This document shows, piece by piece, positions 8,716 through 18,943 of a stretch of DNA of 64,000 nucleotides; position 1 is the first letter of the stretch; each line of letters begins with the position of its first letter. The position numbers and the translations under genes were made by a program. The DNA comes from an uncultured Pelagibacteraceae bacterium. Its GTDB lineage: Bacteria > Pseudomonadota > Alphaproteobacteria > Pelagibacterales > Pelagibacteraceae. The stretch covers positions 2,517-66,516 of the forward strand of contig CACAUA010000001.1 of assembly GCA_902535625.1 (NCBI GenBank), given 5' to 3'. The notes under the pieces were generated by a model. It made no database searches and had not been told where the DNA came from. It saw only the letters and a program-made list of their open reading frames with translations.

Positions 8716-11375
8716 AAATTTAGTGAAATATCTCTATGTATTGAATTACATTTAGATACATAGATAGCTTGCTCTTTTGTTAGTTTAGACTGCAACCTTA
8801 GTCCAATTGTTTCTTTGATTGCATTATTATATTCCTCAAGTTTTGGCATTAAGTTTTCTTTAGCATTTGCTCTCCAGCTAACTTCTTTATTGAATAACTC
8901 AACAACTTCTTTTGATTTTGTTCTAATCGCCATTGGATCAAGTTCGTCTGAGTCAACCATTGATAATAAATCATCTACACTATTTAAAAATTCATCCATT
9001 CCAGAGATCTCACTCAACTTGTCAAACAATCCATCCATAATTGTAACTGATCTTTCATATACTTTTGTATTGCTTTCCATAGCTATAAAATAATCTAACT
9101 GTTTAATATCTTTTGATACTTCTTGAAGTTTTACTCCATCGTTTATGAACATTGCGAACTGATCAAGTAGATCGTAGGCTTCATCTACATTCTTTCTATA
9201 TCTTTTTGTTGTTGTATTTTTAGCTTTATTTATTTTGTCGAATTCTGAATTCTTAGCTTGCCAAGTATCTGGAATTGAGTTTTGAATTTCCTCAATTTCA
9301 AGTTTTACATCCTCAATTCTTAATTCTATTTTGTTTTTCTCATCTAATTCGTCATCATCTAAATTTCTAATCTCTGCTTTATATTTTTCTATTTTTTTAT
9401 TTAATTTAAGTATTTTCTTTTGCTTCTTTCTAACAGTGAAATGCAGATCCCTATAATCAACAGCATATGCATTGTATTCGACCTCAACTTTTTTTAATTT
9501 ATCGACTAGAGCAAAAGTTCCTAGTGCACTATCAAAATGATCTTCTAAAATTTCCATTTTATCATCTGGCAGATTAGTTGGAGCCTCAGATTGGAATTTT
9601 AATATTGCATTTTTAATTGTCTCACCGTTTGAATCAAATCTTGCAAATTTGTACTCTTGCAAACAGTACTGTAATTTAGGATTCATTGGTGGAGGAGCAA
9701 CATTCGAAGTTAAATATACTCTATTTGGTAGATAATTTACTAAGCTAGGGTATGCACCGACTATTCCCAATCCTATAAGCTGAAGAATTATAAAAGGCAC
9801 AACACCTTTCCAAATATCAAGTGTTTTAACAATTTTAGGAGCTACACCTTTCAAATAAAAGAGTGCAAATCCAAATGGCGGCGTTAAGAAGGAAGTCTGC
9901 AAGTTAACACCAATCATAACTCCCAACCAAACGGCTGTGACGTTAGCCCCTGTTTCAGCTAATAATATTGGTGCAATTATTGGAACAACAACAACTGCAA
10001 TTTCAATAAAGTCTAAGAAAAATCCTAGCAAGAAAATTACAATCATCACAACAACAAATTGTGTCCAAAAACCACCCGGTAAATCTTGTAAAAAGTCTCT
10101 TACTAATTCTTCTCCCCCAAAAGCTCTAAATCCTGAAGTAAGCATTGCTGCTCCTAAAAGGATAATAAATACCATTGAAGTAGTCACACAAGTTTCTGTT
10201 ACAACTTCTTTTAAAACATTTTCTGTTTTAAAAGTTCTCCAAAAACTCCAACCTATTCCGTATACAAGTATGACCACAAAGAAAGCGGTTATAAAGATTG
10301 CACTTAAATCTCTTTCCTCCAAATTTTTTACATTTAATTCATAATTTGATGCAAAGAATGTAATTGGAATTAGAGATCCAATAATTAAAATTAAAGGATA
10401 GAAAGCACTTTTCTTTCCTTCATATAATCTATAACCAGCCATCAAAGTGGCACCAATTGCTCCAATTGAACCTGCTTGGTTTACAGTAGCAATACCCATT
10501 AAAATTGAACCTAATACAGCGAATATTAATGCAAGTGGTGGTATGATAATTACAACTACTCTTAACCAAAATTTTAAATCAAAATTTCCTTTAAATGGAA
10601 CTGGTGGTGCAACACCTTTCTTTATTCTAGCAAAAATAAACACATAGATCATATAAAGAGCAACTAAAACAAGACCTGGTAAAAGTGCTCCTAAGAACAT
10701 ATCACCTGCACTTGATGAACCTACTCTAAATTCACCTGGCATATTAAATTCACCAGTTAAGGCTTTATAATCATTTTGTCTTAAGTTGTTTGCAACATCA
10801 GATGCACTTGCCAATTGGTCAGCAATAATAATTAAAACAATTGATGGAGGAATAATTTGACCTAATGTTCCTGATGAACAAACTATTCCACTAGCAAGTT
10901 GTCTGTCATACTTGTTATTTAACATTGTTGGTAACGAAATTAGTCCCATCGCAATTACAGTTGCGCCAACGATACCAGTCGTTGCTGCTAATAGAGCTCC
11001 AACAAATATAACTGAAATTCCTAAACCACCAGGAATTGGTCCAAATAATTGGCCCATTGTTATTAATAAGTCTTCAGCAATTTTTGATTTTTGAAGCATA
11101 ATTCCCATGAATATAAATAAAGGAATTGCTATCAAAGTATCTGTCTCTACATCCCAGTAATTACTCCTAAAATTTGTAATACCAGCAACGAGCCATTCTA
11201 TGGGTCCATCTACAGCAAAAAAGGCACTGGAGTCTCCCTCGAAGATGTAGCCAAAAAATGCAGCTAAACCAATTGCAATTATAGCTGAACCAGGAAGTGC
11301 AAAAGCAACCGGGTAACCCGATGCAAGAGCAACAATCATTATCACAACTAGAACAGCTAAAAAGAATGTTTCCAT
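8712..11375 (-). CDS. dctM: TRAP transporter large permease with long C-terminal soluble extension
   Basis: IAIPLFIFMG, GTLGQIIPPS, NLQTSFLTPPFGFALFYL; ~330-aa hydrophilic tail. Confidence 0.92.
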   Translation of the reverse strand: METFFLAVLVVIMIVALASGYPVAFALPGSAIIAIGLAAFFGYIFEGDSSAFFAVDGPIEWLVAGITNFRSNYWDVETDTLIAIPLFIFMGIMLQKSKIAEDLLITMGQLFGPIPGGLGISVIFVGALLAATTGIVGATVIAMGLISLPTMLNNKYDRQLASGIVCSSGTLGQIIPPSIVLIIIADQLASASDVANNLRQNDYKALTGEFNMPGEFRVGSSSAGDMFLGALLPGLVLVALYMIYVFIFARIKKGVAPPVPFKGNFDLKFWLRVVVIIIPPLALIFAVLGSILMGIATVNQAGSIGAIGATLMAGYRLYEGKKSAFYPLILIIGSLIPITFFASNYELNVKNLEERDLSAIFITAFFVVILVYGIGWSFWRTFKTENVLKEVVTETCVTTSMVFIILLGAAMLTSGFRAFGGEELVRDFLQDLPGGFWTQFVVVMIVIFLLGFFLDFIEIAVVVVPIIAPILLAETGANVTAVWLGVMIGVNLQTSFLTPPFGFALFYLKGVAPKIVKTLDIWKGVVPFIILQLIGLGIVGAYPSLVNYLPNRVYLTSNVAPPPMNPKLQYCLQEYKFARFDSNGETIKNAILKFQSEAPTNLPDDKMEILEDHFDSALGTFALVDKLKKVEVEYNAYAVDYRDLHFTVRKKQKKILKLNKKIEKYKAEIRNLDDDELDEKNKIELRIEDVKLEIEEIQNSIPDTWQAKNSEFDKINKAKNTTTKRYRKNVDEAYDLLDQFAMFINDGVKLQEVSKDIKQLDYFIAMESNTKVYERSVTIMDGLFDKLSEISGMDEFLNSVDDLLSMVDSDELDPMAIRTKSKEVVELFNKEVSWRANAKENLMPKLEEYNNAIKETIGLRLQSKLTKEQAIYVSKCNSIHRDISLNF

Positions 11376-11378
11376 AAT

Positions 11379-12368
11379 TTAATTTTTGACACCTTTTAAA
11401 ATTTTGTGACTACTTTCCATAAAATAACTAGTAAATTGAATTAGCATCGTAACAGCAAAAACAGCTAGATAAACAGCCATCAAATATAAAAGATAAAGAC
11501 CATTAGATCCTTGTTGCGTAACTTCAAAAGCTACAACAGGACCATTTATTATGCTGGCTTTTCCGTTAAGACCTAAAAATATAACTATTAATGTAAGTGG
11601 TACTCCTAGAACTGCCGATCCAACCATATTTGTCCATGCCTTCTTTTTTTCACTAAAAGAAGAATAGAGTACATCAACTCTTACGTGCCCTTCATGAATT
11701 AAGGCGTATGCACTAGCAAACAAATAAAGTGCAGCATACCAAAATCTAACTAGATCCCCTTGAAATGCTTGTTCGTATGAAAATATAAATCTTGATAATA
11801 CGATTACGAATTCACTTACTACAACCAATACTGCTAGCCAAATAAAGCCAACTGATTTCGTAAAATATCCAATCACGAAAGAAATTAATATTATTGGAAA
11901 GTGAATATAAGTAATTCTGACTGGGGCTTTAACCATCAATGCTTTTACTTCAGGACTGAAGATTGCTTCCCATAATCTTTCAACAACCATAAAAGATATA
12001 ACAAAGTCAGCTACGCCAACTAAAAATACTGCCCAAAATGATGATCTAACAAGATATGCTGAAAATCTTGATAAAATTTTTGAATCTTGCTCCAAAGTTT
12101 GGCTATATGTTTTAAAAACATAAAAAACGACTGCAGCAATACAAATCAAATACAATCCAATTTGCATATAACCATAATTTAAATCAGATCCCTCTAGAGC
12201 TTTTTTCTTATATCCAAACATCTCATGATGCGAAAAAATTTTTTTTATTCCTGGCCAATCACTCCAAACTGTTAAAACATTATTAATAAGAAATGCTAAA
12301 GTAAAAGCTAAAACTGAATAACTGATTATTCTAAGATATAGAGAAAGATTTGAATTTTTTGTCACCAT
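11379..12368 (-). CDS. dctQ: TRAP transporter small permease (N-terminally extended)
   Basis: GHVRVDVLY motif; lies between dctP and dctM; 329 aa. Confidence 0.85.
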   Translation of the reverse strand: MVTKNSNLSLYLRIISYSVLAFTLAFLINNVLTVWSDWPGIKKIFSHHEMFGYKKKALEGSDLNYGYMQIGLYLICIAAVVFYVFKTYSQTLEQDSKILSRFSAYLVRSSFWAVFLVGVADFVISFMVVERLWEAIFSPEVKALMVKAPVRITYIHFPIILISFVIGYFTKSVGFIWLAVLVVVSEFVIVLSRFIFSYEQAFQGDLVRFWYAALYLFASAYALIHEGHVRVDVLYSSFSEKKKAWTNMVGSAVLGVPLTLIVIFLGLNGKASIINGPVVAFEVTQQGSNGLYLLYLMAVYLAVFAVTMLIQFTSYFMESSHKILKGVKN

Positions 12369-12406
12369 AGTATTTTAAAATACCTAAGTAATACTCGTTT
12401 TTGTTT

Positions 12407-12436
12407 AAAAAAAAAGGGCCCAATTAAGGGCCCTTT
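12407..12436 (-). terminator. Intrinsic terminator/attenuator after dctP
   Basis: Minus strand AAAGGGCCC-TTAATT-GGGCCC followed by T9, ~20 nt after the dctP stop. Confidence 0.85.
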
Positions 12437-12456
12437 AATAACTAAATTTAGTTAGA

Positions 12457-13587
12457 TTACATTCCTAATGCTCTGTTTCTTTGAGAAATGTAAGGTGAGT
12501 CAGACAAGTTGGTCCAAGAACCAATGTCTTTTCTAGCCTGTAAGAAACTAGAGTGGATTCTCTCAGCGAGACCACTGCTTGCTCTTGTTTCCTCAAATAC
12601 TTCATTAGCAGCTTTAGCAAAACCATCATAAACTTTGTCGCTAAACTTCTCTAGTTTAACACCATGATCGTTTATTAATCTTGCAAGCGCAGCACCATTT
12701 TTAGCGTTGTACTCTGACATCATAACGTCATTTTCCATCGCAGCTGCAGCTTCAATTAATAGCTGATCTGATTTTGATAAGCTTGTAAACCAAGATTTGT
12801 TAGTACCACATGCTAACATAGATCCTGGCTCGTGCATTCCAGGATAGTAGTAGTATTTAGCAGCTTCTTGGAATTTCATAGCTTCATCATTCCATGGACC
12901 TACCCACTCTGTTGCATCAATTGCACCAGAAACAAGGTTTTCGTAAATTTGTCCACCAGGAAGTGAAACTGGAGATCCTCCAAGTTTACCGATAACTTGT
13001 CCACCTAATCCAGGCATACGCATTTTAAGACCTTTGAAGTCATTAGGGCTTCTAATTTTCTTGTTAAACCATCCACCCATTTGAACTCCTGTGCTTCCAC
13101 ACATAAAGTTTTTTAGACCGAATTTGTCTGATAGTTCATCCCATAATTGTTGACCACCAGCAAATCTAATCCATGCGTTCATTTCAGTGTAAGTGAAACC
13201 GAAAGGTACAGCTGTAAAGTAACCCCAAGCTGGATCTTTTTTAACCCAGTAGTAGTCAGCAGCGTGATACATTTGCGAGTTACCTGAAGCAACTTCATCA
13301 AATGAGTCAAACGCTTTAACCCTCTCGTTTGCTGCATAGTAAGTGACTTGAATTCTTCCATCACTCATGTCTGTAATTCTTTGAGCAAATCTTTGCGCAC
13401 CAGTTCCTAAACCTGGGAAATCTCTTCCCCATGTAGCTACCATAGAAGCTTCAATTCTTTCTTTGGCAACGGCTGGAGCAGCTAAAGATGATGCAGCTAC
13501 AGCAGCAACACCAGTCGCAGCAGCAGCCTTAAAGAATTTACGTCTTGAAGGAGTTTTACCCTTCAATAGTTTTTTTTCTTTAATCAT
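12457..13587 (-). CDS. dctP: TRAP substrate-binding protein, Tat-exported (TakP/2-oxo-monocarboxylate-like)
   Basis: Tat signal SRRKFFK, QMGGWF, KMRMPG, EWVGP, YYYPGMHEPG; strong RBS AAGAGGAG. Confidence 0.92.
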   Translation of the reverse strand: MIKEKKLLKGKTPSRRKFFKAAAATGVAAVAASSLAAPAVAKERIEASMVATWGRDFPGLGTGAQRFAQRITDMSDGRIQVTYYAANERVKAFDSFDEVASGNSQMYHAADYYWVKKDPAWGYFTAVPFGFTYTEMNAWIRFAGGQQLWDELSDKFGLKNFMCGSTGVQMGGWFNKKIRSPNDFKGLKMRMPGLGGQVIGKLGGSPVSLPGGQIYENLVSGAIDATEWVGPWNDEAMKFQEAAKYYYYPGMHEPGSMLACGTNKSWFTSLSKSDQLLIEAAAAMENDVMMSEYNAKNGAALARLINDHGVKLEKFSDKVYDGFAKAANEVFEETRASSGLAERIHSSFLQARKDIGSWTNLSDSPYISQRNRALGM

Positions 13588-13675
13588 TATTTCTCCTCTT
13601 TAAGTTAATTAACTGACGCATTTAAAGCACATATGTTTCTTAGAGTCATTTTAAAAAAGTGAGGATTTTTCACTT

Positions 13676-13696
13676 AATTACAATCTATGATTGTAA
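13676..13696. promoter_or_regulatory. Palindromic operator candidate upstream of dctP
   Basis: Perfect inverted repeat TTACAATC-TAT-GATTGTAA; related site at 21654-21672. Confidence 0.55.
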
Positions 13697-13713
13697 ATGT
13701 TTATGAATTATCT

Positions 13714-15012
13714 TTAATTATTGAATATTTTGGCATGGTTTAACATGCTTAGATCTTCAAATTGTTTGCCTATAATTTGAACTCCTAAAGGCAAATTTTT
13801 TTCGCCTTTTAAAATTGGCAGTGAAATGCAGGGCACATGTGCAAGAGACCAAATCTTATTAAATTCTGGACTCCCAGTTGTCTTAAATCCTTTGTCAGCA
13901 ATTCCACAACTACTTGGCGTTATAATTGCATCAAACCTTTCAAATATACTATCTAAGTTTTTTGAGTATGTTCTCATCGCATCTAAAGCTAAAGCATAAT
14001 CTTTTGCCGAATGTTTTAGTCCGTTAATAATTGCTCTCTTAATTTCTATAGAAAGTTTTCCTTTTGAAGTTTTGTAATAATGATGGAAATTTTGAGCCAT
14101 CTCTGTCTCATATATAATTGTATGACAATCTATCATATCTTCAAAATATTTAGGAGCAGTCTCAACCTTTAATATTTTTTTATTATTTAAAATAAATTTG
14201 TTAAATGATTTTTTTGAAATACTGTCAACATTTCTCCAGCGTTTGGTTTTATAAAAAACAAATTTTGATTTTTTTATTTTAATTTTTTTATTAAGAAAAT
14301 TAATATTTGTTGTTGTTTCATCTGCTTCGTCTTTAGCAAACAAAACTTTCGATAATAGTGCTACATCACTAATTGTTTTTCCAAATACTCCGACTTGATC
14401 TAAATTATATGATGTTTGCAAAACACCATTTCTAGAAATTAATCCATAGGTAGGTTTATAACCAACAACTCCACAATAAGAGGCTGGCCTGATTACAGAT
14501 CCACCCGTTTGAGTTCCAATTGATAATGGTGCCATATCAGATGCAATAACAGCTGCAGAGCCACTGGATGAACCTCCTGGTGTTCTTGAATAATCATGTG
14601 GGTTTTTAGTTTTTGATGGCGATAAGAAAGCTAATTCACAAGTTACAGTTTTACCCATAATTATTGCTCCAGCCTTTTTTAAGAGCTCAACAATTTTAGC
14701 ATCTGAATTATTCTTTTTTTTTAATTTTATTCTTGCACCATATTTTGTTGGCATTTCAGATGTTGAGATAATATCTTTAAGTGCTACTGGTAGACCATGC
14801 AAAACCCCTAAAGATTTTAATTTTTTTCTCTGATTGTCAGATTTTTTTGCATCACTTAGTAGTTTTTTTTCATTAAAATATTCCCAAGCTTGAATATTCT
14901 TATCAAATTTTTTTTTTTGATTGATATATGCTTTACAAAGTTCAACAGAAGTTAATTGTTTATTTTTAAGTTTTTTTAAAAGTTGTTTTGCTGATAAATT
15001 TAGGAGTTTCAT
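13714..15012 (-). CDS. Amidase-signature family enzyme
   Basis: ALKD, TPGGSSSGSAA, GTQTGGSVIRPASYCG (Lys-Ser-Ser triad), LPLGVQ. Confidence 0.92.
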   Translation of the reverse strand: MKLLNLSAKQLLKKLKNKQLTSVELCKAYINQKKKFDKNIQAWEYFNEKKLLSDAKKSDNQRKKLKSLGVLHGLPVALKDIISTSEMPTKYGARIKLKKKNNSDAKIVELLKKAGAIIMGKTVTCELAFLSPSKTKNPHDYSRTPGGSSSGSAAVIASDMAPLSIGTQTGGSVIRPASYCGVVGYKPTYGLISRNGVLQTSYNLDQVGVFGKTISDVALLSKVLFAKDEADETTTNINFLNKKIKIKKSKFVFYKTKRWRNVDSISKKSFNKFILNNKKILKVETAPKYFEDMIDCHTIIYETEMAQNFHHYYKTSKGKLSIEIKRAIINGLKHSAKDYALALDAMRTYSKNLDSIFERFDAIITPSSCGIADKGFKTTGSPEFNKIWSLAHVPCISLPILKGEKNLPLGVQIIGKQFEDLSMLNHAKIFNN

Positions 15013-15019
15013 TTATCCC

Positions 15020-16093
15020 TTAAACTAATTTTTCATCAGAATAAACACAACATTTCTCTGGTGGAAAATATAAATTTAATTCTCCATCTGGAATGGGTTT
15101 TTCTCTTTCTACTTTTGACTTAATTACTAAATCACCCATTTTTCCTGTAAGGAGCTTAAAATTACCAAAGTCCTCAACTCTTGTGAGTTTAATTTTAACT
15201 GTATTACTTTTTTCTTTTTCAGCCAATTCTATGAACTCGGATCTAATTCCCAGTTTAACATTTTTATCTTTTAGATTTGCCAAATTTGAATTTGTCTTAA
15301 TGGTGGTATCATTAATTTTTACTTCATGATCGGAAGATACAGTTGAATGAAAAATATTCATCGCAGGAGAGCCAATAAAATAACCGACAAAAGTTGTTTT
15401 AGGTTTTTCAAATAAATCTTTTGGCAATCCAACTTGCACGATTTCACCTTGATCCATAACAATTATATTTTCTGCAAAAGTCATAGCTTCGTTTTGATCA
15501 TGAGTTACATAAACCAATGTTGTTTTATATTGTTCATTGATTTCTTTTAAGTTTCTTCGAAGTCTAAATTTTAAATCTGGGTCTATAACTGTAAGAGGTT
15601 CATCCATTAAAACAGCAGCAACGTCTTCTCGAACTAAACCTCTGCCTAAAGAGATAAGTTGTTTTTGATCAGCAGTTAATTTTCTTGCTGGCGAGTTTAA
15701 AAATGAAGATAAATTTAAAGTATCTGAAACTGCTTTTACTCTTTCTTCAATTTTTTCTTTTGTAAATTCCCTGCATCTTAGTGGAAAAGCTAAATTATCA
15801 TAAACAGTCATTGTATTGTAAATTACTGGGAATTGGAAAACTTGGGCAATATTTCGATCTTCTGTTTTTAAATCGGTTACAGGTGTTTCATCGAATAATA
15901 TTTCACCTTTGGATGGCCTCACTAGTCCAGAAACAATGTTTAACATTGTGGTTTTTCCGCAACCAGAAGGTCCCAAAATTGCATACCGCTTGCCATTTTC
16001 CCATGTCATTGAAAACGGATTTAGGGCATATGTTGGTTTTGGATCTAGAGGATTATAAGTATGAGAAATATTAGATAAATCAATTTTAGCCAT
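15020..16093 (-). CDS. ABC transporter ATPase, GlpT-like (likely start MAKIDL at 16093)
   Basis: GPSGCGKTT, degenerate signature LTADQKQ, GRGLVREDVAAVLMDEPLTVIDP. Confidence 0.88.
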   Translation of the reverse strand: MAKIDLSNISHTYNPLDPKPTYALNPFSMTWENGKRYAILGPSGCGKTTMLNIVSGLVRPSKGEILFDETPVTDLKTEDRNIAQVFQFPVIYNTMTVYDNLAFPLRCREFTKEKIEERVKAVSDTLNLSSFLNSPARKLTADQKQLISLGRGLVREDVAAVLMDEPLTVIDPDLKFRLRRNLKEINEQYKTTLVYVTHDQNEAMTFAENIIVMDQGEIVQVGLPKDLFEKPKTTFVGYFIGSPAMNIFHSTVSSDHEVKINDTTIKTNSNLANLKDKNVKLGIRSEFIELAEKEKSNTVKIKLTRVEDFGNFKLLTGKMGDLVIKSKVEREKPIPDGELNLYFPPEKCCVYSDEKLV

Positions 16094-17165
16094 TTGTTCC
16101 TCCATATGGTGACGAAACTAATTTTTCATCTTCACCAAAAGCATAAAACTTATTTGCATTAAAATTTATTTTTACTTTCTCATGAATTTTAAAATTCATT
16201 ACTTCCTCGATTAAAGCAATTATTTTTGAATTTCCTCTTTTTAGATGAAGCAATGTTTCTGAACCACTAATCTCTGCTAATTCTATTTCGAATTCTTCAC
16301 CATTTTCATCAAGTTTTATTTCTGAAGCTCTAATTCCAAAATTATAATCTTTATCTTCTAAATTCTTAAAATGATTTGGAATTTCTAAAGAAATATTCTC
16401 AAAGTTCAGATTTTTTGAATTTTTTGAACCCTTCAGAACATTCATTGGTGGATCATTTGATATTTCTGCAACTTTTAAATTAGATGGATTTTCAAAAATC
16501 TCTTTGGCAGGCCCTTTTTGTAATACCTTCCCTTCATCTAAAACAATTACTTCTCCATTTAGTTCCATTACTTCTTGAGGATCTGTTGTTGAGTAAATTA
16601 AAATTGTATCTTGGGACAGTCCTTCTGAGAAAATTCTTTTAAATTCTTCTCTTAATTGTTCTCTAAGTTTGTAATCTAAATTAACTAACGGTTCGTCTAG
16701 CAACAAAATTTTTGCTTTTTTTGCAAGTGATCTTGCAAGTGCAACCCTTTGTTGCTGTCCGCCAGATAATTCCTGAATTTTTCTATTTTCAAATCCAACT
16801 AATCCAACAGTTTTTAGAGCTTCATCTACATCTTTTTTTATTTGCTCAGGACTTAGTTTTCTCTGTTCTAATGGAAAAGTTATGTTTTCATAAACATTTA
16901 AGTGAGGGTAATTAATAAATTGTTGATAAACCATAGCAACATTTCTTTCCCAAACAGGTATTTTAATAAAGTCTTTTTCCTCAAAAGAAATTGAGCCTTG
17001 ATCTGGATTTAATAATCCTGCAATTGTTTTTAAAAGAGTCGTTTTGCCAGATAAAGTTCTACCTAAAATGGTATACAAATTACCTTTTTTAAAATTAAAC
17101 GAGACATCGTTTAAATGAAATTGCTCATCAGGTTTATAAGAAATTTTCTCTCCAATTAAATTCAT
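16086..17165 (-). CDS. ABC transporter ATPase, GlpS-like
   Basis: GRTLSGKTT, VAMVYQQFINYP, LSGGQQQR, DEPLVNLDYKLRE. Confidence 0.88.
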   Translation of the reverse strand: MNLIGEKISYKPDEQFHLNDVSFNFKKGNLYTILGRTLSGKTTLLKTIAGLLNPDQGSISFEEKDFIKIPVWERNVAMVYQQFINYPHLNVYENITFPLEQRKLSPEQIKKDVDEALKTVGLVGFENRKIQELSGGQQQRVALARSLAKKAKILLLDEPLVNLDYKLREQLREEFKRIFSEGLSQDTILIYSTTDPQEVMELNGEVIVLDEGKVLQKGPAKEIFENPSNLKVAEISNDPPMNVLKGSKNSKNLNFENISLEIPNHFKNLEDKDYNFGIRASEIKLDENGEEFEIELAEISGSETLLHLKRGNSKIIALIEEVMNFKIHEKVKINFNANKFYAFGEDEKLVSSPYGGTNG

Positions 17166-18013
17166 TATTTTAATGCTCCTGATAAATTTCCTTTTGATAG
17201 ATATCTCTCAACTATAAATGCAACGATTATTAATGGTGCAACTGAAACCAAAGCAGATGCCGAAAGGCTCCACCATGGTGTTATTGATGAATTAAGTGCA
17301 ACGACTTTTACAGGTAACAATTGTACTTCAGTAAATGTTAAAATAAACGCAAAAAAGAAATCTATCCATCCAAAAATAATACAAAACATTCCTGCAACAA
17401 TTAAACCAGGTATTGAATTTGGTAAAACAACTTTATAGAAAGCTTGATAGGGATTACACCCATCGATTAATGCAGTCTCATCTAATTCTTTTGGAACTCT
17501 ATTAAAAAAATCTACCATGATCCAAACAGCAATTGGCATCAATAAAACGATATACACGACCACTAGACCTAATAAACTATCAAGCAATCCTATTGTGCTT
17601 AGAAAAATAAAGAAAGGAATTGATAATACAATTGGAGGCATGATTCTTTGTGAAATGAAGAAAAAAGTAATATCGTTGTTTCTTACAAATCCTGCTTTAA
17701 AGGTAAATCTTGATAGTGCATAAGCAGCAAGAGTACCGAGAACAATACTTATTAAACTAGCAGTACAGGTTACAAAAATACTATTAAAATAAGGCTCAAC
17801 AATATCTACTCCACCTTTCGCAGGAGACTTAATTAAAACTCTCCAACCCTCCAACGTTGGTTCGAAATCTAACCAAGGAATATAAGTTACTTTACTATTT
17901 ACAGATTGGAAGTCTTTAAAAGATGTTGATACAGCCCACAGAAATGGCGCAACAACAAATACAGTCCAAAATGTAATAAAGAAATATTTAAGAAAAGTGT
18001 AAAGTTTGCTCAT
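17165..18013 (-). CDS. Carbohydrate (CUT1) ABC permease, MalG-like
   Basis: EAA loop ELDETALIDG, ~6 TM helices. Confidence 0.9.
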   Translation of the reverse strand: MSKLYTFLKYFFITFWTVFVVAPFLWAVSTSFKDFQSVNSKVTYIPWLDFEPTLEGWRVLIKSPAKGGVDIVEPYFNSIFVTCTASLISIVLGTLAAYALSRFTFKAGFVRNNDITFFFISQRIMPPIVLSIPFFIFLSTIGLLDSLLGLVVVYIVLLMPIAVWIMVDFFNRVPKELDETALIDGCNPYQAFYKVVLPNSIPGLIVAGMFCIIFGWIDFFFAFILTFTEVQLLPVKVVALNSSITPWWSLSASALVSVAPLIIVAFIVERYLSKGNLSGALK

Positions 18014-18015
18014 AG

Positions 18016-18882
18016 TTATTCTTTGATCATTAATTTGGTTAAAACTTTAGCTATTATCGTTAAACTGATAATCATTATGACAAGATAAGTGAAAGATAAG
18101 GTTGCTGCATAACCCATCTGAAATTCTCTCAATCCTTTAATATAAATATAAAAACTTGACGTCTCAGTTGCAGTACCTGGTCCTCCAGAAGTCAAAACAA
18201 ATACTGTATCCATTATTTTTGAAGCTTCGATAAGTCTTATTATTATTGCTCCAATTGATATTGGAGCCATCAAAGGAAAAGTTACATAAACAAATTTTCT
18301 AAATGGACTTGCACCATCTATAGCGGCTGCCAAAAAGGGTTCTTTTGGAAGTGACAAAAGTCCAGCTAGTAATAGTAAAAACATAAACGGTGTCCATTGC
18401 CAAACCTCAACAATTATTACAGTAAACTTTGCAATAACTGGATCACTCAACCATAAAATAGGTTTTACTCCTAGTCCACCTAACAAATCATTTACAGGAC
18501 CTAGTGACTCATGAAAAAATGTTCTCCAAATAACTGTCATTATTACTGGAGTTGTCATCATTGGTACTAGAAAAATTACTCTAAAAAATCTTTTAAATTT
18601 TATTTCTCTCCAAACCATCATCGCTAAAGCAAATCCGATAACATATTGAAGAATAACTGTAGTTACTGATAAAAAACTTAGCCTAAAAAAAGACTCCCAA
18701 AACCTCGGGTCATCAGTAAATAACCTTATGTAATTCGTAATGCCTATGAAGTTCATTTCTGGTGTATAACTATTCCATCCAGAAAGACTTAATCTAATAG
18801 TAAAAATAATTGGAAAAATTAAAATTCCAATAAGTACAAACAATCCTGGGAATAAAAAAACAAACTTGTGTTTAAAATTCAT
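18016..18882 (-). CDS. Carbohydrate (CUT1) ABC permease, MalF-like
   Basis: WQWTPF, AAAIDGA, LTSGGPGTAT. Confidence 0.9.
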   Translation of the reverse strand: MNFKHKFVFLFPGLFVLIGILIFPIIFTIRLSLSGWNSYTPEMNFIGITNYIRLFTDDPRFWESFFRLSFLSVTTVILQYVIGFALAMMVWREIKFKRFFRVIFLVPMMTTPVIMTVIWRTFFHESLGPVNDLLGGLGVKPILWLSDPVIAKFTVIIVEVWQWTPFMFLLLLAGLLSLPKEPFLAAAIDGASPFRKFVYVTFPLMAPISIGAIIIRLIEASKIMDTVFVLTSGGPGTATETSSFYIYIKGLREFQMGYAATLSFTYLVIMIISLTIIAKVLTKLMIKE

Positions 18883-18904
18883 AATTTTTTTTTTGGATTA
18901 TTTT

Positions 18905-18932
18905 AAAATGTGGCCGTTAAAAAACGGCCACA
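18905..18932 (-). terminator. Hairpin after ABC SBP gene (terminator or mRNA stabiliser)
   Basis: 10-bp stem TGTGGCCGTT-TTTT-AACGGCCACA followed by TTTT on the minus strand. Confidence 0.75.
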
Positions 18933-18943
18933 AGTTTACAAAA

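Noticed and set aside
13588-13713. Glycine or other riboswitch upstream of dctP
   Set aside because: The region is too A+T-rich and has no recognisable aptamer core; the short inverted repeats fit DNA operators better.
13714-15012. gatA
   Set aside because: No gatC or gatB adjacent; it has TQTGGS rather than the GatA SDTGGS motif and sits in a catabolic transporter context.
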